NCBI GenBank assembly: GCA_009914755.4
Contig: CP086569.2
Coordinates: forward strand, 27,840,001 to 27,904,000
Reading direction: 5' to 3'
Length of the DNA: 64,000 nucleotides
DNA from: the human T2T-CHM13v2.0 reference genome, Homo sapiens
In this document: piece after piece, positions 55,346 through 64,000 of the stretch
How the letters are laid out: every line of letters starts with the position of its first letter
Position numbering within the stretch: the first letter of the stretch is position 1
Translations under genes and position numbers: made by a program
Notes under the pieces: model-generated
Told to the model about the DNA's origin: nothing
The model's database searches: none
The model's input: the letters and a program-made list of their open reading frames with translations, nothing else

Positions 55346-58124
55346 ATGGAATGGAATGGAAAGGAATTGAATGGAATAGTTTCGATTGGAAGGGATTGGA
55401 ATGCAATGGAATGGAAAGGACTCGAATTTCATGAAACGGAATGGAATGAATTGGAATGGAATGGACTCGAATGGAATGGCATGTCATGGAATGGCATCAA
55501 ATGGAATGGCATCAAATGGAATGGAATCGAATGCAATGGAATGTTATGGAATGGAATGGAATGTATTGGAATGGAATGTCTTCTAATGGAATGGATTCGA
55601 GTGGAATGGAATCGAATATAATGGAGTCGAATGAAATGGAATTGAAAGGAATGGGATCGAATAGAATGGAATATACTGGAATGTAATGTAATGAAGTCGA
55701 ATGAAATTGACTGGAATGGAATGTACATGAATGGAATGCCATCGAATGGAATAGAATCTAATGCAATAAAACCGACTCAAATGGAATAGAATGTAATGGA
55801 ATGGAGTGCAGTGCAATGGAATGGAATGGAATGGAATGGAATGGAATGGAATGGAATGGAATGGAATGGGATGGAATGGGATGGAATGGTATGGAACGGA
55901 TAATAATGGTCTGGAGTGATATGGACTGGAAAGGAATGGACTCAAATTGAAAGGGCTCGAAAGGAATGGGGTCAAATATAATGGTCTGGAATGGAATGAA
56001 CTCGAATGTAATGCAATCCAATAGAATGGAATCGAATGGAATGGAATATAAAGAAATGGAATCGAAGAGAATGGAAACAAATGGAATGGAATTGTATGGA
56101 ATTGAATCGAATCGAATCGAATGTAATTGAACGGAAAAAATGCAACTGAATAGAATCGAAAACAATGGATTCGACCGGCATCTAATAGAATGAAATGGAA
56201 TGCGTTGAGGTGGAGTGGGTTGTAATGGAGTTGAATGGAATGGGGTGTAATTGAATTGAATGGGGTGGAGTGGGGTGAACTGGAGTGGAATGGAATGGAA
56301 TGGGCAGGCATGGAATTGAAAGGCGTGGAGTGGAGTGGAATTGAGAGGAGTGGAATGGAGTAGGGTGGATTGTAGTGGAGAGTATTGGAAAAGAGTGGAG
56401 TGGAACGGAATGGAATGGAGTGGAGTGGAATGGAATGGAATTGAGTGAAGTGGAGTGGAGTGGAATGGAGAGTAATAGAGTGGAGTGGACTTGATTGGAG
56501 TAGATAGCAGTGCATTGGACTGTACGGGATAGAAGTGGCTTGGAGTGCCATGGAGTGGAGTGGAAAGGAATGGAATGGAGTGGAATGGACTGGAAAGGAA
56601 TGGAATGGAATGGATTTAAATGGCAGGGAATCAAATCGAATTGAATCATATTGGAACAAGTTGAATCGACTGGAGGAAAGAAATCGAATGAAATCGAATG
56701 GAATGAATGGAAGAGAGTGCAATGATATAGAATGGAATGGAGACAGATGGAATGGAATGGAACAGAGAGCAATGGTATAGAATGCAATGGAATCATATGG
56801 AATGGAATTGAATGGAATGGAATAATATGAAACGGAATGGAATGGAGTGGAATGCCCTTGCATTAAATGGACTGGAATAGAATGGACTGGTACAGAGTGG
56901 AATGGAAAGGATTGAAATAGAATGGAATGGACTCCTTTGGAATGGTCTAGTATGGATGCAATCGACTGGCAGGGAATCAAAAGGAATGTAATCGAATGGA
57001 TTGGACTGGAATGCAATGGACTCGAATAGATTGGAAACGGAATGCAATGGAATGAAACGGAATAGTATGGAAAGGAATGGAAAGGAATGGAGTGGAATAG
57101 ACTAGAGTGGAATGGAATGGACTCGAAAGCAATGGACTGGAATGGAACGGTCTTGAATGGACTGGAATCAAACGGAATGGAATGGTATGCAATGCAATCA
57201 AATGGAATGGAATAAAATAGAATGAAAGAGAATGAAATGGATTTGAATCGAATGGAATCGAATGGATTGGAAAGGAATAGAATGGAATGGAATGGAATTG
57301 ACTCAAATGGAATGGACTAGAATGGAATGGAGTCGAATGGAAGGCAAAGGAATGGAATCTATTGGAATGGACTGTAATGGAATGGAATGGAAGGGATTGG
57401 AATGGACTCGAATGGAATGGACTGCAATAGAAAGGATTCGAATGGAATGAAAAAGAATTGAATGGAATAGAAGAGAATGGAATCAAATCGAATGAAATGG
57501 AATGGAATAGAAAGGAATGGAATGAAATGGAATGGAAAGGATTTGAATGGAATGCAATCGAACGTAATGCAATCGAATGGAATGGAATCGAACGGAATGG
57601 AATAAAATGGAAGCAAACTGGCAAGAAATGGAATCGAAATGAATGGAGTGTTATGGAACGGACTCCAAAGGAATTGAATGTAATAGAATGGAGTGGAGTG
57701 GACTCGAATACAATGGACTGTAATGGAATGGAATCACATGGAATGGGAACGAATGGAATGGAATGGAAAGGAATGTAATCGAATGGAAGGGAATGAAATT
57801 GAATCAACAGGAATGGAAGGGAATAGAATAGACTGTAATGGAATGGACTCGAATAGAAAGGACACGAATGCTGAAATTGAAAGGACTCGAATGGAATGGA
57901 AACGAAAGGAATGTCATCAAATGGAATTGAATCGATTGGAATGGAATCGCATAGAATGGAGAGGAATGAAATGGAATTGAATCGAATGGACAGGAACCGA
58001 ATGGACTGAAATGAAATGGAATGGAATTGAATGGAAAGTTATGCAATGCAATAGAATGGAACGAAATTTCACGGAATGGAATCAAACAGAATGGAATCAA
58101 ATCAATGGAATATAATCAAATGGA
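55346..58124 (+). repeat. HOR unit 20 (2779 bp, C-like diverged variant)
   Basis: Anchor at 55346. 'atagtttcgattggaagg'. Confidence 0.65.
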
Positions 58125-60893
58125 ATGGAATGGAACGGAAAGGAATTGAATGGAATAGATTGGATTGGAAGGGATTGGAATGCAATGGAATGGAAAGGAC
58201 TCGAATTTCATGAAACAGAATGGAATGAATTGGAATGGAATGGACTCGAATGGAATGGAATGTCATAGAATGGCATCAAATGGAATGGCATCAAATGGAA
58301 TGGAATCGAATGCAACGGAATCTTATGGAATGGAATGGAATGTATTGGAATGGAATGTCCTCTAATGGAATGGATTCGAGTGGAATGGAATCGAATATAA
58401 TGGAGTCGAATGAAATGGAATTGAAAGGAATGGGATCGAATAGAATGGAATATACTGGAATGTAATGTAATGAAGTCGAATGTAATTGACTGGAATGGAA
58501 TGTACATGAATGGAATGTAATCGAATGGAATAGAATCTAATGCAATAAAACCGACTCAAATGGAATAGAATGTAATGGAATGGAGTGCAGTGCAATGGAA
58601 TGGAATGGAATGGAATGGAATGGAATGGAATGGAATGGAATGGAATGGGATGGAATGGGATGGAATGGTATGGAACGGATAATAATGGTCTGTAGTGAAA
58701 TGGAGTGGAAAGGAATGGACTCAAGTTGAAAGGGCTCGAAAGGAATGGGGTCAAATGTAATGGTCTGGAATGGAATGAACTCGAATGTAATGCAATCCAA
58801 TAGAATGGAATCGAATGGAATGGAATATAAAGAAATGGAATCGAAGAGAATGGAAACAAATGGAATGGAATTGCATGGAATTGAATCGAATCGAATCGAA
58901 TGTAATTGAACGGAAAAAATGCAACTGAATAGAATCGAAAACAATGGATTTGACAGGCATCTAATAGAATGAAATGGAATGCGGTGAGGTGGAGTGGATT
59001 GTAATGGAGTTGAATGGAATGCGGTGTAATTGAATTGAATGGAGTGCAGTGGAGTGAACTGGAGTGGAATGAAATGGAATGGGCAGGCATGGAATTGCAA
59101 GGCGTGGAGTGGAGTGGAATTGAGAGGAGTGGAATGGAGTAGGGTGTATTGTAGTGGAGATTATTGGAAAAGAGTGGAGTGGAACGGAATGGAATGGAGT
59201 GGAGTGGAATGGAATGGAATTGAGTGAAGTGGAGTGGAGTGGAATGGAGAGTAATGGAGTGGAGTGGACTTGATTGGAGTAGATAGCAGTGCATTGGACT
59301 GTACGGGATAGAAGTGGCTTGGAGTGCCATGGAGTGGAGTGGAATGGAATGGAATGGAGAGGAATGGACTGGAAAGGAATGGAATGGAATGGATTTAAAT
59401 GACAGGGATTCAAATCGAATTGAATCATATTGGAACAAGTTGAATCGACTAGAGGAAAGAAATCGAATGAAATCGAATGGAATGAATGCAAGAGAGTGCA
59501 ATGTTATAGAATGGAATGGAGACAGATGGAATGGAATGGAACAGAGAGCAATGGTATAGAATGCAATGGAATCATAAGGAACGGAATTGAATGGAATGGA
59601 ATAATATGAAATGGAATGGAATGCCCTTGCATTAAATGGACTGGAATGGAATGGACTGGAAAAGAGTGGAATGGAAAGGATTGAAATAGAATGGAATGGA
59701 CTCCTTTGGAATGGTCTAGTATGGATGCAATCGACTGGCAGGGAATCAAAAGGAATGTAATCGAATGGATTGGACTGGAATGCAATGGACTCGAATAGAT
59801 TGGGAACGGAATGCAATGGAATGGAATGGAATAGTATGGAATGGAATGGAAAGGAATGGAGCGGAATAGACTAGAGTGGAATGGAATGGACTCGAAAGCA
59901 ATGGACTGGAATGGAACGGTCTTGAATGGACTGGAATCAAACGGAAAGGAATGGAATGCAATGCAATCAAATGGCATGGAATAAAATAGAATGAAAGAGA
60001 ATCAAATGGAATTGAATCGAATGTAATCGAATGGATTGGAAAGGAATAGAATGGAATGGAATGTAATTGACTCAAATGGAATGGACTAGAATGGAATGGA
60101 GTCGAATGGAAGGCAAAGGAATGGAATCTATTGGAATGGACTGTAATGGAATGGAATGGAAGGGATTGGAATGCACTCGAATGGAATGGACTGCAATAGA
60201 AAGGATTCGAATGGAATGAAAAAGAATTGAATGGAATAGAAGAGAATGGAATCAAATCGAATGAAATGGAATGTAATAGAAAGGAATGGAATGAAATGGA
60301 ATGGAAAGGATTTGAATGGAATGCAATCGAGTGGAATGCAATCGAATGGAATGGAATCGAACGGAATGGAATAAAATGGAAGCAAACTGGCAAGAAATGG
60401 AATCGAAATGAATGGAGTGTTATGGAACGGACTCCAAAGGAATTGAATGTAATAGAATGGAGTGGAGTGGACTCGAATATAATGGACTGGAATGGAATGG
60501 AATCACATGGAATGGGAACGAATGGAATGGAATGGAAAGGAATGGAATCGAATGGAAGGGAATGAAATTGAATCAACAGGAATGGAAGGGAATAGAATAG
60601 ACTGTAATGCAATGGACTCGAATAGAAAGGACACGAATGTTCAAATTGAATGGACTCGAATGGAATGGAAACGAAAGGAATGTCATCGAATGGAATTGAA
60701 TCGATTGGAATGGAATCGCATAGAATGGAGAGGAATGAAATGGAATTGAATCGAATGGACAGGAACCGAATGGACTGAAATGAAATGGAATGGAATTGAA
60801 TGGAAAGTTATGCAATGCAATAGAATGGAACGAAATTTCACGGAATGGAATCAAACAGAATGGAATCAAATCAATGGAATATAATCAAATGGA
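58125..60893 (+). repeat. HOR unit 21 (2769 bp, diverged flank variant, twin of unit 22)
   Basis: Anchor at 58125 ('atggaatggaacggaaagg'). Private variants are 'aatataatcaaatgg', 'atgtcatagaatgg', 'gcaacggaatcttatgg' and 'ggagtgcagtggagtgaactgg'. Confidence 0.65.
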
Positions 60894-63657
60894 ATGGAAT
60901 GGAACGGAAAGGAATTGAATGGAATAGATTGGATTGGAAGGGATTGGAATGCAATGGAATGGAAAGGACTCGAATTTCATGAAACAGAATGGAATGAATT
61001 GGAATGGAATGGACTCGAATGGAATGGAATGTCATAGAATGGCATCAAATGGAATGGCATCAAATGGAATGGAATCGAATGCAACGGAATCTTATGGAAT
61101 GGAATGGAATGTATTGGAATGGAATGTCCTCTAATGGAATGGATTCGAGTGGAATGGAATCGAATATAATGGAGTCGAATGAAATGGAATTGAAAGGAAT
61201 GGGATCGAATAGAATGGAATATACTGGAATGTAATGTAATGAAGTCGAATGTAATTGACTGGAATGGAATGTACATGAATGGAATGTAATCGAATGGAAT
61301 AGAATCTAATGCAATAAAACCGACTCAAATGGAATAGAATGTAATGGAATGGAGTGCAGTGCAATGGAATGGAATGGAATGGAATGGAATGGAATGGAAT
61401 GGAATGGAATGGGATGGAATGGGATGGAATGGTATGGAACGGATAATAATGGTCTGTAGTGAAATGGAGTGGAAAGGAATGGACTCAAGTTGAAAGGGCT
61501 CGAAAGGAATGGGGTCAAATGTAATGGTCTGGAATGGAATGAACTCGAATGTAATGCAATCCAATAGAATGGAATCGAATGGAATGGAATATAAAGAAAT
61601 GGAATCGAAGAGAATGGAAACAAATGGAATGGAATTGCATGGAATTGAATCGAATCGAATCGAATGTAATTGAACGGAAAAAATGCAACTGAATAGAATC
61701 GAAAACAATGGATTTGACAGGCATCTAATAGAATGAAATGGAATGCGGTGAGGTGGAGTGGATTGTAATGGAGTTGAATGGAATGCGGTGTAATTGAATT
61801 GAATGGAGTGCAGTGGAGTGAACTGGAGTGGAATGAAATGGAATGGGCAGGCATGGAATTGCAAGGCGTGGAGTGGAGTGGAATTGAGAGGAGTGGAATG
61901 GAGTAGGGTGTATTGTAGTGGAGATTATTGGAAAAGAGTGGAGTGGAACGGAATGGAATGGAGTGGAGTGGAATGGAATGGAATTGAGTGAAGTGGAGTG
62001 GAGTGGAATGGAGAGTAATGGAGTGGAGTGGACTTGATTGGAGTAGATAGCAGTGCATTGGACTGTACGGGATAGAAGTGGCTTGGAGTGCCATGGAGTG
62101 GAGTGGAATGGAATGGAATGGAGAGGAATGGACTGGAAAGGAATGGAATGGAATGGATTTAAATGACAGGGATTCAAATCGAATTGAATCATATTGGAAC
62201 AAGTTGAATCGACTAGAGGAAAGAAATCGAATGAAATCGAATGGAATGAATGCAAGAGAGTGCAATGTTATAGAATGGAATGGAGACAGATGGAATGGAA
62301 TGGAACAGAGAGCAATGGTATAGAATGCAATGGAATCATAAGGAAAGGAATTGAATGGAATGGAATAATATGAAATGGAATGGAATGCCCTTGCATTAAA
62401 TGGACTGGAATGGAATGGACTGGAACAGAGTGGAATGGAAAGGATTGAAATAGAATGGAATGGACTCCTTTGGAATGGTCTAGTATGGATGCAATCGACT
62501 GGCAGGGAATCAAAAGGAATGTAATCGAATGGATTGGACTGGAATGCAATGGACTCGAATAGATTGGAAACGGAATGCAATGGAATGGAATGGAATAGTA
62601 TGGAATGGAATGGAAAGGAATGGAGCAGAATAGACTAGAGTGGAATGGAATGGACTCGAAAGCAATGGACTGGAATGGAACGGTCTTGAATGGACTGGAA
62701 TCAAACGGAAAGGAATGGAATGCAATGCAATCAAATGGAATGGAATAAAATAGAATGAAAGAGAATCAAATGGAATTGAATCGAATGGAATCGAATGGAT
62801 TGGAAAGGAATAGAATGGAATGGAATGTAATTGACTCAAATGGAATGGACTAGAATGGAATGGAGTCGAATGGAAGGCAAAGGAATGGAATCTATTGGAA
62901 TGGACTGTAATGGAATGGAATGGAAGGGATTGGAATGCACTCGAATGGAATGGACTGCAATAGAAAGGATTCGAATGGAATGAAAAAGAATTGAATGGAA
63001 TAGAAGAGAATGGAATCAAATCGAATGAAATGGAATGGAATAGAAAGGAATGGAATGAAGTGGAATGGAAAGGATTTGAATGGAATGCAATCGAATGGAA
63101 TGCAATCGAATGGAATGGAATCGAACGGAATGGAATAAAATGGAAGCAAACTGGCAAGAAATGGAATCGAAATGAATGGAGTGTTATGGAACGGACTCCA
63201 AAGGAATAGAATGTAATAGAATGGAGTGGAGTGGACTCGAATATAATGGACTGGAATGGAATGGAATCACATGGAATGGGAACGAATGGAATGGAATGGA
63301 AAGGAATGGAATCGAATGGAAGGGAATGAAATTGAATCAACAGGAATGGAAGGGAATAGAATAGACTGTAATGGAATGGACTCGAATAGAAAGGACACGA
63401 ATGTTCAAATTGAATGGACTCGAATGGAATGGAAACGAAAGGAATGTCATCGAATGGAATTGAATCGATTGGAATGGAATCGCATAGAATGGAGAGGAAT
63501 CAAATGGAATTGAATCGAATGGAAAGGAACCGAATGGACTGAAATGAAATGGAATGGAATTGAATGGATAGTAATGCAATGCAATAGAATGGAACGAAAT
63601 TTCACGGAATGGAATGAAACAGAATGGAATCAAATCAATGGAATATAATCAAATGGA
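60894..63657 (+). repeat. HOR unit 22 (2764 bp, diverged flank variant, twin of unit 21)
   Basis: Anchor at 60894. Shares all the private variants of unit 21. Confidence 0.65.
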
Positions 63658-64000
63658 ATGGAATGGAATGGAAAGGAATCGAATGGAAGGGAATGAAATT
63701 GAATCAACAGGAATGGAAGGGAATAGAATAGACGGTAATGGAATGGACTCGAATAGAATGGACACGAATGCTCAAATTGAATGGACTCGAATGGAATGGA
63801 AACGAAAGGAATGTCATCGAATGGAATTGAATCGATTGGAATGAAATCGCATAGAATGGAGTGGAATCAAATGGAATTGAATCGAAAGGAAAGGAAGTGA
63901 ATGGACTGAAATGAAATGGAATGGAATTGAATGGAAAGTAATGCAATGGAATAGAATGGAACGAAATTTCACGGAATGGAAGCAAACTGAATGGAATCAA
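63658..64000 (+). repeat. Aberrant partial unit. After the unit anchor, the sequence jumps back into a second copy of the previous ~367 bp (an intra-unit tandem duplication) instead of continuing the HOR.
   Basis: From about 63661, 'gaatggaatggaaaggaatcgaatggaagggaatgaaattgaatcaacaggaatggaagggaatagaatagac' repeats the segment that starts at about 63294. 'tgtcatcgaatggaattgaatcgattgg' occurs at 63444 and again at 63814. Confidence 0.7.

Larger units (their letters stand above)
1..64000. repeat. Tandem satellite array built from diverged GGAAT pentamers (HSat2/3 family, most consistent with human HSat3), arranged as a ~2.75 kb higher-order repeat. Spans the entire window.
   Basis: The + strand is almost entirely tggaa/ggaat pentamers and one-mismatch derivatives (ggagt, ggact, cgaat, gcaat). 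C is nearly absent on +. Diagnostic anchors such as 'tgtcatcgaatggaattgaatcgattgg' recur at 1, 2737, 5469, 8212, 10966, 13740, 16502, 19266, 22019, 24783, 27541, 30299, 33073, 35826, 38590, 41348, 44106, 46864, 49622, 52395, 57912, 60681 and 63444. A degenerate 'aaaaccgactc' (compare the HSat3 CAACCCGAGT motif) and a 'ccattcgatga' (HSat2-like, reverse strand) each occur once per unit. Confidence 0.95.

Noticed and set aside
1-64000. Hundreds of ORFs of 60-484 aa in the six-frame track, on both strands (e.g. 58362-59816, 484 aa).
   Set aside because: GGAAT and ATTCC pentamer arrays are stop-codon-free in all frames, so long open frames are expected by chance. Translations are periodic low-complexity strings ((MEWNG)n on +, (IPFHS)n on -). 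The frames overlap heavily, and the 'proteins' are nearly identical from unit to unit.
1-64000. CRISPR array or prokaryotic defence/novel system
   Set aside because: The periodicities are 5 bp and about 2.75 kb, not 25-50 bp repeats with unique spacers. There are no cas-like or other complex coding sequences. The sequence is eukaryotic satellite.
1-64000. Alpha satellite / centromeric 171-bp monomers
   Set aside because: There is no 171-bp periodicity and no alphoid motifs such as the CENP-B box. The sequence is pentamer-based.
1-64000. Transposable-element insertion (Alu/L1/SVA) interrupting the array
   Set aside because: I scanned the whole window and found no stretch that leaves the pentamer-derived pattern. 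Every unit aligns end-to-end with its neighbours.
1-64000. Assignment to DYZ1 (Yq12 HSat3) or another named chromosome-specific HOR
   Set aside because: The DYZ1 unit is about 3.56 kb and D15Z1 about 1.8 kb. The 2.73-2.78 kb period here matches neither. Chromosome of origin cannot be determined without a database search.

Overview
The whole 64 kb window is one tandem satellite array, with no genes. It is a (GGAAT)n-derived pericentromeric satellite of the human/hominoid HSat2/HSat3 family, most like HSat3. The GGAAT (purine-rich, C-poor) strand is on +. The array is organised as a higher-order repeat (HOR) of about 2.73-2.78 kb. There are 23 consecutive units (22 complete plus one interrupted by a local duplication) and a 213-bp tail of the preceding unit at the start.

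Every 'ORF' in the six-frame track is an artefact. GGAAT and ATTCC pentamer arrays contain no stop codon in any frame, and GGAAT supplies an ATG in every frame. The + strand therefore reads (MEWNG)n-like and the - strand (IPFHS)n-like low-complexity peptides. I find no protein-coding gene, RNA gene, CRISPR array, mobile-element insertion or defence system, and it would be misleading to invent one. This looks like a eukaryotic satellite, not a gene-bearing or prokaryotic locus.

The features worth attention are structural:
- Variable pure (GGAAT)n tracts account for the unit-length differences.
- A roughly 370-bp GGAGT-rich subdomain recurs once per unit.
- There are at least three interleaved HOR variant classes.
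- A highly homogenised core (about 18-50 kb) sits between more diverged flanks.
- A roughly 12 kb multi-unit block is duplicated at an exact 13,807-bp offset.
- Two adjacent units near the 3' end are near-twins.
- A 367-bp intra-unit tandem duplication breaks the HOR phase at the 3' edge.

All calls come from reading the sequence and the ORF track by eye. Identity percentages and chromosome of origin cannot be determined here.
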